Of a DNA stretch of 64,000 nt, positions 34,511-49,080 are shown in pieces. The stretch lies in NCBI RefSeq assembly GCF_051903065.1, contig NZ_CP178438.1, one strand, 5' to 3'. A model generated the notes under the pieces. It was not told where the DNA came from. It saw only the letters and a program-made list of their open reading frames with translations, and ran no database searches. The translations under genes were made by a program, and so were the position numbers. How positions within the stretch are numbered: position 1 is the stretch's first letter; the number at the start of each line of letters is the position of its first letter. Source of the stretch: Escherichia coli. GTDB lineage: Bacteria > Pseudomonadota > Gammaproteobacteria > Enterobacterales > Enterobacteriaceae.

Positions 34511-35971
34511 TTACTTCACGGAATATTTCGCCACGGTCGCTTTCGCACCATGCGCTAATAAAAACAAGTACGCTTCCGTCACTTTTGCAGTAAACAAGCT
34601 ATTGTCTGGCAAATCATCACCAAAGATCGCCTTAATCGCCAGCAATGACTGGACGCGCGCTTTCCCTTCGGCACTACTTTGTACAGCCTTCTGAATAACA
34701 GGTAACAGTGGGTCACTGATTTCAATCGGATTTCCCTGTTCATCAACACCACCGACATAACGCATCCAACCCGCGACGCCCAGCGCCAGCAGATCGAACT
34801 TGCTGTCATGCGCCAGATGCCAGCGAACAGAATCCAACATCCGCTGTGGCAATTTCTGGCTGCCATCCATCGCAATCTGCCAGGTTCGATGGCGTAACGC
34901 CGGGTTGCTATAGCGTGCAATTAATCGGTTAGCGTAATCTTGCAAATCAACGCCCTGCACTTTCAGCGTCGGCGCTTGTTCCTGCAACATCAAGCCATAC
35001 GCCGCATGACGATAATGTTCATCTTCCATACAGTCATTAATGTGCTGATATCCGGCAAGATAACCCAGATACGCCAGGAATGAATGACTGCCGTTGAGCA
35101 TGCGCAACTTCATCTCTTCATAAGGCAGTACATCGCTAACCAGTTCTGCTCCCGCTTTTTCCCATTCCGGACGTCCGGCAACAAAATTATCTTCGATTAC
35201 CCACTGGCGGAAAGGTTCACAGGCAACGCCAGCAGGATCGCGCACACCGGTAAGTTGTTCGATTTTCGCCAGCGTATCCTCTGTCACTGCGGGCACAATA
35301 CGGTCCACCATTGTTGATGGGAAAGTCACGTTATCTTCGATCCATTGTGCCAGTTTTACATCAACGGCTTGCGCGTAGGAAGTGACAACGTCACGCATAA
35401 CATGACCGTTTTCTGGCATGTTGTCACATGACATGACGGTAAATGCGGGAAGTCCTGCCGCTTTACGGCGAGCCAGCGCCTCAACAATCACCCCTGTTGC
35501 TGTTTTCGGCTGGTGGGGATTTTGCACGTCGGCAACGACCATCGGGTGATCGAGCATTAACTGTCCGGTCGCCGGAGAGTGGAAATACCCTTTTTCGGTG
35601 ATTGTCAGAGAGACAATCGCGATTTGTGGTTCACACATCGCAGCCAACACGGTTTCTAAGCCATCTATCTGTACGTGCAAGGCTTTTTTAACGACGCCAA
35701 CGACGCGAGCCGTCCACGCATCGGCCGACATTTCCGCAACGGTATAAAGATTATCTTGCTGTTGTAAATCGGCAATTTGCTGTTCGCCACCGATTAAGTT
35801 GACCTCATAATATCCCCAGTCACTGAAATGTTCTGTAGCAAGAATATCGGCATACACGCCCTGATGCGCACGGTGAAATGCACCAAAGCCTAAATGAACA
35901 ATTCTTGGGGCCAGGTTATTACGATCATAAACAGGGAGTGTCGCTTTTGCTGATAACAAATTATTTCCCAT
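34511..35971 (-). CDS. ydfI: Mannitol-dehydrogenase-family oxidoreductase
   Basis: 486-aa ORF with N-terminal Rossmann fold. Confidence 0.85.
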   Translation of the reverse strand: MGNNLLSAKATLPVYDRNNLAPRIVHLGFGAFHRAHQGVYADILATEHFSDWGYYEVNLIGGEQQIADLQQQDNLYTVAEMSADAWTARVVGVVKKALHVQIDGLETVLAAMCEPQIAIVSLTITEKGYFHSPATGQLMLDHPMVVADVQNPHQPKTATGVIVEALARRKAAGLPAFTVMSCDNMPENGHVMRDVVTSYAQAVDVKLAQWIEDNVTFPSTMVDRIVPAVTEDTLAKIEQLTGVRDPAGVACEPFRQWVIEDNFVAGRPEWEKAGAELVSDVLPYEEMKLRMLNGSHSFLAYLGYLAGYQHINDCMEDEHYRHAAYGLMLQEQAPTLKVQGVDLQDYANRLIARYSNPALRHRTWQIAMDGSQKLPQRMLDSVRWHLAHDSKFDLLALGVAGWMRYVGGVDEQGNPIEISDPLLPVIQKAVQSSAEGKARVQSLLAIKAIFGDDLPDNSLFTAKVTEAYLFLLAHGAKATVAKYSVK

Positions 35972-36059
35972 AACAATTCCTTAAATTTAAATATGGCAAG
36001 CTACATGTTTTGTTATATGAAGAAAAATCCCCTCTCCGGTAAGAGAAGGGATTGAGGAT

Positions 36060-37343
36060 TTAAAGACTTCTGGAAGGTTGCGCAGCTCTTACAACACGCG
36101 GTTGATCTTCCGCAGCGTCTTCCAGCGCACTTAAATCACGGTCTTTCACTTCTGGCATTTTCAGCGCAGAGATTAAACCAATCACTGAATATGCCATGAT
36201 CATAATGGCGATTGGATACCAGGATTCCGTCATGGTGCAGAAAATACCCGCCAGGATAGGACCAAAACCGGAAGCGATAAGACCACCAATTTCTTTAGAA
36301 ATAGCCATCCGGGTAAAGCGGTTTTTACAGCCGAACATTTCTGCCATGGTAATGTTTTCCAGAGCAAATAATCCCAGCACCGCACAGTTATGAATCACAA
36401 TCAGTGCAACCATAATGGTGCTCGGGGCATAGCTTTTATCTACGATGATAGAAAGCATTGGCCATGCCAGCACAATCGCGGAGGTATTCATAATAATATA
36501 CGGGATCCGGCGACCAATTTTATCGGATAACCAACCAAGGAACGGAATGGTCATAAAGCCGAGAATCGAACTAATCATCAATGCATCTGTTGGAATTGCT
36601 TTGTTAAACAATAACGTCTGCACTAAATAGCCTGCAAGGAAAGTCTGAATTAACCCGGAGTTACCCGCCTGACCAAAACGCAGCCCTGTTGCCAGCCAGA
36701 AGGATTTGCTCTGGAACATGCTACCAGCAGGTGCAGGTTTTGCTGTCGGTTGGTTGCTGTCGTTAACCTTCTCAAAGACCGGGCTTTCTTTCAGATTCAT
36801 ACGCAACCAGATAGCAAAGACCATCACGACAACGCTCGCCAGGAACGGTATACGCCATCCCCACGCCAGCAGTTCCTCTTTACTGAGAATGAAGAACATA
36901 AAGGCCCAGATTGCCGTTGCGCTTAAGGTTCCGCAGTTAGTTCCCATAGCCACAAATGAGGAGATAATTCCGCGCTTACCTTTTGGCGCATATTCCGCCA
37001 GCATCGTACCGGCACCGGAAATTTCCGCACCTGCACCCAACCCCTGAATAATACGCAGCGTCACCAGCAAGATGGGTGCAAAAACACCAATCTGTGCATA
37101 GGTCGGTAACACACCAATTAAGGTGGTACAGATCCCCATCATGGTGATGGTAATAAAGAGCACTTTTTTACGCCCTATTCTGTCGCCCATTTTGCCGAAA
37201 ATAAATGCTCCGACAATACGCGCCACATAACCTGCACCGTAGGTTCCCATTGCCAGAATTAACGCCATTGCCGTTGATGATTCAGGAAAAAATATTTCAT
37301 GAAACACTAACGCTGCGCCGAGTGAATATAACTGGAAATCCAT
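36060..37343 (-). CDS. ydfJ: MFS metabolite:H+ symporter-family transporter, probably N-terminally truncated at the prophage junction
   Basis: 427-aa MFS ORF whose 5' end abuts an abrupt shift to AT-rich phage-like DNA at about 37345. Confidence 0.7.
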   Translation of the reverse strand: MDFQLYSLGAALVFHEIFFPESSTAMALILAMGTYGAGYVARIVGAFIFGKMGDRIGRKKVLFITITMMGICTTLIGVLPTYAQIGVFAPILLVTLRIIQGLGAGAEISGAGTMLAEYAPKGKRGIISSFVAMGTNCGTLSATAIWAFMFFILSKEELLAWGWRIPFLASVVVMVFAIWLRMNLKESPVFEKVNDSNQPTAKPAPAGSMFQSKSFWLATGLRFGQAGNSGLIQTFLAGYLVQTLLFNKAIPTDALMISSILGFMTIPFLGWLSDKIGRRIPYIIMNTSAIVLAWPMLSIIVDKSYAPSTIMVALIVIHNCAVLGLFALENITMAEMFGCKNRFTRMAISKEIGGLIASGFGPILAGIFCTMTESWYPIAIMIMAYSVIGLISALKMPEVKDRDLSALEDAAEDQPRVVRAAQPSRSL

Positions 37344-37946
37344 AATTCACAGGTGTTTTTTCCCATCCTGTGGTTTCCTTGGCGTTTTCTAGGTTTTTTC
37401 AGATAGTTGCATTTTTTAAAAAGCATCCTAAGTTCGATCTCAGTGTCTATCTGGGGCCTATTTCTGTCCCATATATGCCCCAAAAAAACTCCCCAACAGA
37501 TAAGTAGTTTTTTCATGGATTTATGCGTAAAATCAAGAACGGCTGGAAATCATTCAATACTCACACTATCGAAAAATTTACCAGCCAACCGCAGCACGTT
37601 CTTGCATAAGGCGTGTCTGCGTTTTTTCAACTATTCAGATACATCACTCCCATCACAGTCATTCCTCCGCATCAAAGGCATATAGGCTATATCACCTTGA
37701 TATTTTTCTTTTTCAGATAAAAACTGTTATCTATGTATACTTTTAAACCCAATCCGTGTAGAGTCTCTGCATAAGATAGTTTGCAGTTGCCGCTTCAGCT
37801 TGCGCCATAAACCGCCTGATTTTTGCTGCCACCTGCTAGCATTCCTGTATACCTGAAACGACAATGTTTATCTACGAACTTTAAAAACACCCAAGATAAA
37901 AATTGTCAACTATATCATATATAACACATTACTAATTCGAGGCTAT

Positions 37947-38060
37947 ATGAACAGCATACTGATAATCACTTCTCTCCTTATCATATTCAGCATTTTTAGT
38001 CATGCCCTAATAAAATTAGGGATTGGCATATCCAATAACCCAGACAAAACCGATGTATAA
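37947..38060 (+). CDS. Candidate small hydrophobic protein (37 aa)
   Basis: ATG...TAA encodes [37 protein letters not shown], a single predicted TM helix; no homology check possible here. Confidence 0.3.
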
Positions 38061-38128
38061 GTCAACATATCCTGAATCAGACATACAATATCGCAATGAA
38101 AATCAATAATATTTTAAGGAATATCTTC

Positions 38129-38362
38129 ATGAAATCAAAAGACACCCTAAAGTGGTTCCCTGCGCAGCTTCCTGAAGTAAGAATTATCCTAGGGGATGCT
38201 GTAGTGGAAGTAGCAAAACAGGGAAGACCTATTAATACCAGAACATTGCTTGATTACATTGAAGGAAACATAAAGAAAAAATCATGGCTGGATAACAAAG
38301 AATTATTACAAACAGCGATATCAGTTCTTAAAGACAACCAAAATTTAAATGGTAAAATGTAA
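38129..38362 (+). CDS. ydfK: Prophage cold-shock-induced protein YdfK
   Basis: 77 aa from MKSKDTLKWFPAQLPEVRIILGDAVVEVAK... Confidence 0.8.
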   Translation: MKSKDTLKWFPAQLPEVRIILGDAVVEVAKQGRPINTRTLLDYIEGNIKKKSWLDNKELLQTAISVLKDNQNLNGKM

Positions 38363-38679
38363 TATAATAAACTTACTTTTTTATCATTTTTCCACTTTAA
38401 CAACATTTTTCTCCACTTTTCCACGTCCAAACAACTTGAAATCTGGTTAAAATAACACGCAACACTATTCTTCTTCCTTGAGTCCGCCCGGAACTCGAAA
38501 AACAAACCGAGTTAAAGCCATTTTTCACAAAATCGATTTTGGGTCTCACCAAAAATTACGGGGTTGCATACGCATTCGTTTATTTTCGAACGTGTACATA
38601 CAAATATGCACAAAAATAATCATAATTATTTTCTGAGATGCATTATGATATGAACACCAATTTCGAATAGAGTCTCACT

Positions 38680-39270
38680 ATGTCTCGAATTTTTGCTTAC
38701 TGTCGGATATCAACGCTGGATCAGACCACCGAAAATCAACGCCGGGAAATCGAAAGTGCAGGTTTTAAAATCAAACCTCAGCAAATAATCGAAGAACACA
38801 TTAGCGGCTCAGCAGCAACCAGTGAGCGTCCTGGTTTTAACCGGTTGCTTGCTCGCCTGAAATGTGGTGATCAATTGATTGTGACAAAACTGGATCGCCT
38901 TGGTTGTAATGCAATGGATATCAGGAAAACAGTGGAACAACTGACCGAAACAGGTATCAGAGTGCATTGCTTAGCATTGGGTGGCATTGACCTGACCAGT
39001 CCAACAGGAAAAATGATGATGCAAGTAATTTCAGCAGTCGCTGAATTTGAACGAGACCTTTTACTTGAACGCACTCATTCCGGGATAGTAAGAGCCCGCG
39101 GCGCAGGGAAACGTTTTGGTCGACCACCTGTGTTAAATGAAGAACAGAAACAGGTGGTATTCGAACGAATTAAGTCAGGTGTAAGTATAAGTGCCATTGC
39201 CCGGGAATTCAAAACCTCGCGGCAAACCATTTTAAGAGCCAAAGCAAAACTTCAGACACCTGACATATAA
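38680..39270 (+). CDS. pinQ: Serine recombinase, DNA invertase (Pin/Gin/Hin family)
   Basis: 196-aa ORF with catalytic N-terminus [15 protein letters not shown] and C-terminal HTH. Confidence 0.9.
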
Positions 39271-39367
39271 AAAATAATCTCGGTGTGAGATGCTTTACGT
39301 GTTCCAAGCCCCCTTCCTTGCCGTAAATGGAAAGATACATCTAATTATAGAATTTATATGTTTTACC

Positions 39368-39943
39368 CTACGGCAGTGCTGGCCATTCAATATCCTGTGC
39401 AGTTGACGTATCAACACGGTTCAGCAATACCCGATACTTTTTCCATGCTTCCAGCAACGAGATTTCTTCCTCCGTTGCAATTTCCAGATCTGCAGCATCC
39501 TGAAGCGGCGCAATATGCTCACTGGCTACCTGCATCAGGTTGTTTTTTGTTTCTTCCGCCTCCCGGATCCGGAACAGTTTTTCTGCTTCCGTATCCTTCA
39601 CCCAGGCTGTGCCGTTCCACTTCTGAAACTCCCCTTCCGGCGATAACCAGGTAACATTTTCCGGTAACGGACCGAGTTCAGAAATAAATAACGCGTCGCC
39701 GGAAGCCACGTCATAGACGGTTTTTCCCCGATGATCTTCAACGAGATGCCACGATGCCTCATCACTGTTGAAAACAGCCACGAAGCCTGCCGGAATATCT
39801 GGCGGTGCAATATCGGTACTGTTTGCTGGCAGACCTGTATGAGGCGGAATATATGCGTCACCTTCACCAATAAATTCATTAGTTCCGGCCAGCAGATTAT
39901 AAATTTTTATGGTCTGTGGTTGTTCACTCATTCTGAATGCCAT
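39368..39943 (-). CDS. tfaQ: Tail fibre assembly protein
   Basis: 191-aa ORF of the lambda Tfa family, immediately downstream of stf. Confidence 0.85.
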   Translation of the reverse strand: MAFRMSEQPQTIKIYNLLAGTNEFIGEGDAYIPPHTGLPANSTDIAPPDIPAGFVAVFNSDEASWHLVEDHRGKTVYDVASGDALFISELGPLPENVTWLSPEGEFQKWNGTAWVKDTEAEKLFRIREAEETKNNLMQVASEHIAPLQDAADLEIATEEEISLLEAWKKYRVLLNRVDTSTAQDIEWPALP

Positions 39944-41159
39944 TATGCAAGCCTCACAATATAGTTAAATGCGATGTTTTTGACGGTGTTTTCCGCGTTA
40001 CCAGCAGCGTTAACGGTGATGGTGTGTCCATGTGAACCAATCGCAACGGAGTGCGTATGAGCACCAATACCGACAGTATGTGCATGTGCGCCTGCGCTTG
40101 CAGCAGTGCCGGACAGCGAGTGGGTATGAGCACCATCTGATGATGTCTTCCCTGCATTACGAGTCTGGCCACTACCGCTTGTTGTGCTCATAATCCCCGC
40201 GCTTAGATTTGAAATCGCGGTATAACCATTAGGGAAAATGCTCGTGTTCGTGCCACCAAATGCACCGGAACTCTTGTGTTGGTGCGCACCGGCACTATTT
40301 GCAGTCCCGCTAATACTATGGGTATGCGCCCCGGTGTTATTCGTGGATTTGGTTCCGTAATCAAACGACGATGTGTTTTTCGTCCCCAAATCCGTACTGG
40401 ATGCGCTGGCGCTGTGGGTGTGCGATTTAATGCCGTCCTGTTCCTGAGACAATACGGCACGACCACTGGCGGGTTTGCCCTTAATCGTCCAGCCACGCAT
40501 ATCAGGGATCACGGCTGACGGATAAGCGGCTGCAAGTTTCGGGTATGCAGATTTGTCAAAAGTCTGCCCCTGCATCAGGGCATAGCCAGACGGAACGGTA
40601 TCTGATGGCCACGGGATTGGTGCGCCAGGCGGATAAAACTGCTCTGATGGCGTATAGAGTGAATAAACTGTACCGTCCGTTAACCCTTCCGGCTTATTAG
40701 CAGAATATGCTGGTGACGTATGAATCGTCACGCTGGCATTACTGGTATAATCCCATTGAATATTTACACCAGTCGCATAATTTCCGATTGCAACGTAAAT
40801 ATCGTAAGTATCACCAGATGTATTGACCCAGGCAAAATTTGTAAACCCTGTCGATGTGCGCTGCCATAAAGCACCAGTAATCCCCTTCGGATTACCATTA
40901 CCTGCACGCAAAACAAGTTCAGATATACCTGCCTGTTGAGGTGACCCCACGTTAAATCCCGCGCCACCAATCAACGTAATTGAAACAACAGAACTCGCCT
41001 GTGGCATGGTTACCGTTGCTAATTTGAACCAACCAGCACCACCGCTGAATGACATTGTTGTTGAGTTAAGCGTACCAATATCTTTCGGCGTCAGTGTTAT
41101 ATCCGCTGAAAGCGCCTTACCATTCACCTTACGGGCAGAAGGTACCCGACCATTCGCAT
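39943..41159 (-). pseudogene. stfQ: Side tail fibre protein, C-terminal portion only (5' end cut by the IS903-like element)
   Basis: Open frame runs without a stop from the IS boundary at 41159; Gly/Ser/Thr/His-rich repeats typical of Stf; nearest start (GTG) at 41127. Confidence 0.8.
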
Positions 41160-42216
41160 GGCTTTGTTGAATAAATCGAACTTTTGCTGAGTTGAAGGAT
41201 CAGATCACGTATCTTCCCGACAACGCAGACCGTTCCGTGGCAAAGCAAAAGTTCAAAATCACCAACTGGCCCACCTACAATAAAGCCCTCATCAACCGTG
41301 GCTCCATAACTTTCTGGCTGGATGATGAAGCTATTCAGGCCTGGTATGAGTCAGCAACACCTTCTTCACGAGGCAGACCTCAGCGCTATTCTGACCTTGC
41401 CATCACGACTGTGCTGGTCATTAAACGCGTATTCAGGCTGACCCTGCGCGCTGCGCAGGGCTTTATTGATTCCATTTTTTCTCTGATGAACGTTCCGCTA
41501 CGCTGCCCGGATTACAGCTGTGTCAGCAGGCGGGCAAAGTCGGTTAATGTCAGTTTCAAAACGCCCACCCGGGGTGAAATCGCACACCTGGTAATTGATT
41601 CCACCGGGCTGAAGGTCTTCGGTGAAGGCGAGTGGAAAGTCAAAAAGCATGGCCAGGAACGCCGCCGTATCTGGCGTAAGCTGCATCTCGCCGTTGACAG
41701 TAAAACACATGAAATCATCTGCGCTGACCTGTCGCTGAACAACGTTACGGACTCAGAGGCCTTCCCCGGGTTAATCCGGCAAACCCACCGGAAAATCAGG
41801 TCAGCCGCCGCCGATGGCGCTTACGATACCCGGCTATGTCACGATGAACTGCGGCGTAAGAAAATCAGCGCGCTTATCCCTCCCCGAAAAGGTGCGGGTT
41901 ACTGGCCCGGTGAATATGCAGACCGTAACCGTGCAGTGGCTAATCAGCGAATGACCGGGAGTAATGCGCGGTGGAAATGGACAACAGATTACAACCGTCG
42001 CTCGATAGCGGAAACGGCGATGTACCGGGTAAAACAGCTGTTCGGGGGTTCACTGACACTGCGTGACTACGATGGTCAGGTTGCAGAGGCTATGGCCCTG
42101 GTACGAGCGCTGAACAAAATGACGAAAGCAGGTATGCCTGAAAGCGTGCGTATTGCCTGAAAACACAACCCGCTACGGGGGAGACTTACCCGAAATCTGA
42201 TTTATTCAACAAAGCC
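41160..42216 (+). mobile_element. IS903-like element (IS5 family, IS903 group), 1057 bp
   Basis: Terminal inverted repeats GGCTTTGTTGAATAAATC at 41160-41177 and its reverse complement at 42199-42216; flanking 9-mers differ (CATTCGCAT versus TTTATGACC), so no target-site duplication. Confidence 0.85.
41192..42160 (+). CDS. IS903-group DDE transposase
   Basis: 322-aa ORF recognised as IS903/IS102-like transposase (…[42 protein letters not shown]…). Confidence 0.85.
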   Translation: MKDQITYLPDNADRSVAKQKFKITNWPTYNKALINRGSITFWLDDEAIQAWYESATPSSRGRPQRYSDLAITTVLVIKRVFRLTLRAAQGFIDSIFSLMNVPLRCPDYSCVSRRAKSVNVSFKTPTRGEIAHLVIDSTGLKVFGEGEWKVKKHGQERRRIWRKLHLAVDSKTHEIICADLSLNNVTDSEAFPGLIRQTHRKIRSAAADGAYDTRLCHDELRRKKISALIPPRKGAGYWPGEYADRNRAVANQRMTGSNARWKWTTDYNRRSIAETAMYRVKQLFGGSLTLRDYDGQVAEAMALVRALNKMTKAGMPESVRIA

Positions 42217-43317
42217 TTTATGACCTAAAAGAAGTTCGACAATATAAGGATCCGCCCCCATATCATTAAGCGTAGTGGAAAATGTGCGCCTGAAATCATG
42301 TATGCACCACAAGCCATTAGTATCATGACCAAGACACCTGCATATTCTGTTTGCAGCCCCTGTTATTGTCGCCCTTTGCAAAGCACAACCGACAACATAA
42401 CCGCGATTTTTTGTTTCTGCGTAAAGATTAACGATCCATTGTTTTATTCCGTCAGGAACAGGCCTTACTATAGCCTCCTTGTTTTTGCTGTGCTCTTTTG
42501 GGACTGTCCATACCCAGTTTTTTAAATCCCATTCGTCCCAGGTGGATAGCCTCGCCTCCTGCTGTCGGCAACCAAACACCAGGCAGATAACCATTATTCT
42601 TCGGTTATATATTGATGACAGAGTTAGCAAATTATTACCGTAAGCATAAGACCATACATCAGCGGTTTCATTGATATTAAGAACGCGATCCCTTATACCG
42701 GATGAGCGCCCGACATAACTTACGTTAATATCTCCAAAGGGATCGCACGCGATGTATTGCCTGACGCGACAAAAACGCAACGCCTGTTTGATATCAAGAA
42801 AAATTGCACCAGACATAACAGGCGCATTTTTTTTGATCCTGTCAAAGACGGTAAGCCATGTGTGTAATTTGCACTGTTCTATAGCCATATCACCGATATA
42901 GGGGAAGATATGCTTTTCAAATCGTTTTATTAAATATTCATGCTCTTTTCTGGCTGTTGTGGCGTGATTGTCGTACCAGTAAAACAGCGCATCCCTTACG
43001 GTCACTGGTTGCATAGTTTTTTCGGCAGCAAGTTTTATTTGCCTGCGGGGGTCCAGATTTTCAGCCAGCCATTCACGGCACTGATCACGCATGCGCCTGG
43101 CCGTTGCAAGAGACATGTCAGGATAGCGACCAAGTGTAAGCCATACCGGAGGGGATTCCCTGCCACCAAGACGATAGTAAAAAACAAAGCTGATCCCCCC
43201 AACCATGCTTACACGCACAGACAACCCGCGCCCATCCGCTATTGTTTTTTGTTTGTCCTGCCGTTTTCCGACAAGACTCTTTAACAGTTTGTCACTGAGT
43301 TTGTTTTCAATAGCCAT
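42217..43317 (-). pseudogene. P4-like tyrosine integrase, 3'-truncated by the IS903-like element
   Basis: P4-type N-terminus and HDFRRTF...LLGH box, but the frame runs into the IS terminal repeat before the catalytic tyrosine would be encoded. Confidence 0.8.
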
Positions 43318-43335
43318 TAAAAGCCCTCAAGAGAT

Positions 43336-43389
43336 TTGCAATACACACCCATCCCGATCGCCAATTTGCAATACACATTGCAATACACA
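43336..43389. repeat. Three direct copies of TTGCAATACACA immediately upstream of the integrase start
   Basis: Copies at 43336-43347, 43366-43377 and 43378-43389 (last two in tandem); candidate arm-type recombinase or regulator binding sites. Confidence 0.6.
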
Positions 43390-43465
43390 AAACCGCGAAA
43401 AACTGGAAGGGTGATGAACGGTCATCAAAAGCATGGAAAACGACATTCCAGACGCAGCAAGGGTT

Positions 43466-46446
<2,981 letters not shown>

Positions 46447-46472
<26 letters not shown>

Positions 46473-46992
46473 TCAGCAACCCCGGTATCAGTTCATCCAG
46501 CGCGGCTGCTTTGTTCATGGCTTTGATGATATCCCGTTTCAGGAAATCAACATGTCGGTTTTCCAGTTCCGGAAAACGCCGCTGCACCGACAGGGGGATC
46601 CCGTCGAGAATACTGGCAATTTCACCTGCGATCCGCGACAGCACGAAAGTACAGAATGCGGTTTCCACCACTTCAGCGGAGTCTCTGGCATTTTTCAGCT
46701 CCTGTGCGTCGGCCTGCGCACGCGTAAGTCGATGGCGTTCGTACTCAATAGTCCCTGGCTGGAGATCTGTCTCGCTGGCCTGCCGCAGTTCTTCAACTTC
46801 CCGGCGCAGCTTTTCGTTCTCAATTTCAGCATCCCTTTCGGCATACCATCTTATAACGGCGGCAGAGTCATAAAGCACCTCATTACCCTTGCCACCGCCT
46901 CGCAGAACGGGCATTCCCTGTTCCTGCCAGTTCTGAATGGTACGGATACTCGCACCGAAAATGTCAGCCAGCTGCTTTTTGTTGACTTCCAT
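46447..46992 (-). CDS. nohA: Terminase small subunit (lambda Nu1 homologue)
   Basis: 181-aa ORF MEVNKKQLADIFGASIRTIQNWQEQGMPVLRGGGKGNEVLYD... matching lambda Nu1; symbol assumes equivalence with Qin nohA. Confidence 0.85.
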
Positions 46993-47169
46993 TGTTCATT
47001 CCACGGCCAAAAACAGAGAAAGGAAACGACAGAGGCCCAAAAGCTCGTTTTCAGCACCTGTCGTTTCCTTTCTTTTCAGAGGGTATTTTAAATAAAAACA
47101 TCAAGTTACGACGAAGAAGAACGGAAACGCCTTAAACCGGAAAATTTTCATAAATAGCGAAAACCCGCG

Positions 47170-47181
47170 AGGTCGCCGCCC
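47170..47181 (-). other. cosN cohesive-end site (lambda-type 12-nt GGGCGGCGACCT)
   Basis: Reverse complement of AGGTCGCCGCCC; 190 bp upstream of the Nu1 start exactly as in lambda, with cosB-like sequence in between. Confidence 0.85.
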
Positions 47182-47380
47182 CGTAACCTGTCGGATCGCC
47201 GGAAAGGACCCGCAAAATGATAATAATTATCATCTGCATGTCACAACGTGCATCTACGCCATCAAACCACGTCAAATAATCAATTATGACGCAGATATCG
47301 TATTAATTGATCTGCATCAACTTAACGTAAAAACAACTTCAGACAATACAAATCAGCGACACTGAATACGGGACAACCTC

Positions 47381-47614
47381 ATGTCAACGAAGAACAGAAC
47401 CCGCAGAACAACAACCCGCAACATCCGCTTTCCTAACCAAATGATTGAACAAATTAACATCGCTCTTGAGCAAAAAGGGTCCGGGAATTTCTCAGCCTGG
47501 GTCATTGAAGCCTGCCGCCGGAGACTGTGCTCAGAAAAAAGAGTTTCTTCTGAAGCAAACAAAGAAAAGAGTGACATTACTGAATTGCTCAGAAAACAGG
47601 TCAGACCAGATTGA
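47381..47614 (+). CDS. ynfO: Prophage protein YnfO
   Basis: 77-aa ORF on the far side of cos; K-12 Qin gene order nohA-ynfO-ydfO. Confidence 0.7.
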   Translation: MSTKNRTRRTTTRNIRFPNQMIEQINIALEQKGSGNFSAWVIEACRRRLCSEKRVSSEANKEKSDITELLRKQVRPD

Positions 47615-47671
47615 AGCAATTTAGATAATCGTGCAGACTACGCCCCCTCATATCACATGGAAGGTTTATCT

Positions 47672-48082
47672 ATGGATCAGGTAGTCATTTTTAAACAAAT
47701 ATTTGATAAAGTTCGAAACGATTTAAACTATCAATGGTTTTATTCTGAGCTAAAACGTCACAATGTCTCACATTACATTTACTATTTAGCCACAGAGAAT
47801 GTTCATATTGTATTAAAAAATGATAATACAGTGTTATTAAAGGGCCTAAAAAACATTGTGTCTGTCAAATTTTCAAAGGATAGGCATCTTATAGAAACGA
47901 CCTCTAATAAGCTGAAATCCAGAGAGATCACATTTCAGGAATACAGAAGAAACCTTGCTAAAGCAGGAGTTTTTCGGTGGGTTACAAATATCCACGAACA
48001 AAAAAGATATTACTATACCTTTGATAATTCATTACTATTTACTGAAAGCATCCAGAAAACTACACAGATCTTACCACGCTAA
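47672..48082 (+). CDS. ydfO: Prophage protein YdfO (DUF1398)
   Basis: Start placed at [11 protein letters not shown] (136 aa); the ORF track allows 47657. Confidence 0.75.
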
Positions 48083-48233
48083 ACCATAACGTCCGGCTTC
48101 TCTCACTCCTGAGCCGGACTGCATTGGTTTAATAAAAACCATCAACAATTGTGATTTAGATATTCGGAACCATTCAAATATAACAAAACCCCGTAAAAAC
48201 GAGGTTTATGGATAAATTTTATTATTGAATACA

Positions 48234-48407
48234 TCAGATTAAATTAATCTTGACATCATAGCTTTCAAGACCCGTCATTTTTTCCCGTGCGGTAAACTGA
48301 ATACTGGTAACTTCTTTCCCGGTCTTTTTCTTAAGTTCAATAATTTTTTTTGTTATATATTCAGAAATATCTGCTTCTGCTTTTGTTTTTAAGTTTTCAA
48401 TATTCAT
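48234..48407 (-). CDS. gnsB: GnsB (suppressor of secG/fabA phenotypes, GnsA/GnsB family)
   Basis: Read from DNA: MNIENLKTKAEADISEYITKKIIELKKKTGKEVTSIQFTAREKMTGLESYDVKINLI (57 aa). Confidence 0.8.
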   Translation of the reverse strand: MNIENLKTKAEADISEYITKKIIELKKKTGKEVTSIQFTAREKMTGLESYDVKINLI

Positions 48408-48578
48408 CATTTCCTCTTTTAGTCTGTTATGACTTTCCAGTTACACAGTAAGTCGATTATATGGTGCAAACGTGTAAAAGATAAGATGAAACATCGCAAT
48501 AATCAACATACGATAGTCTAAATTTTACACAAACAGACAAAGAGAATTTTCCTGAATTATCAATGCAATAGCATCAAA

Positions 48579-48734
48579 TCAACTCAAGAGCCTTATTGCT
48601 GCTTCCAGAATTTCTTCTGAAGTAACATGTCGATCCGCGGCTACATAAATGACTTTATGATCTCCGGTCAGAGATGGAAACCCTGCGGCCATTACAGTAA
48701 GGTGTGTTTTTTCGCCATTTGGATATTCACGCAT
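48579..48734 (-). CDS. ynfN: Small prophage protein YnfN
   Basis: 51 aa from MREYPNGEKTHLTVMAAGFPSLTG...; start choice based on my recollection of a 51-aa product, with alternative upstream starts available. Confidence 0.55.
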   Translation of the reverse strand: MREYPNGEKTHLTVMAAGFPSLTGDHKVIYVAADRHVTSEEILEAAIRLLS

Positions 48735-49080
48735 GATGGTGTTAACTCCAGTCATCGCTGGCACTACCACTGCTGGTTCAGAGTTAAAAAAAACTATGAT
48801 TTTTTTCATGATGTTACCGTAGTATGTGAGTATCCATCGAATAGACACCAAGCAAAAAAGCTCCCGAAGGAGCCTTCATTTTCACTTTTTTAAATCCAAC
48901 GACAGACGGCTGGCATTTAAGTATTGTGAAATATTATCAAATGTAATCATCATTGATTTACAAAAGATACATTTTGCCCCGAAAGGATTCATGTCAGAAA
49001 CATCAAAAGATGATGTTCTATACTGGGAACCATGACAACACGGGCATCTAAAGTGAATATGGTTTGTAATATTGTCTACC

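Noticed and set aside
39271-39367. Possible Pin crossover site in the pinQ-tfaQ spacer
   Set aside because: No convincing match to the gix/hix-type dyad and no inverted partner found within stf; not annotated as a feature.
48826-49035. 69-aa plus-strand ORF between ynfN and cspI
   Set aside because: No RBS-like sequence, lies in what is probably the terminator/leader region of flanking genes; low confidence that it is coding.
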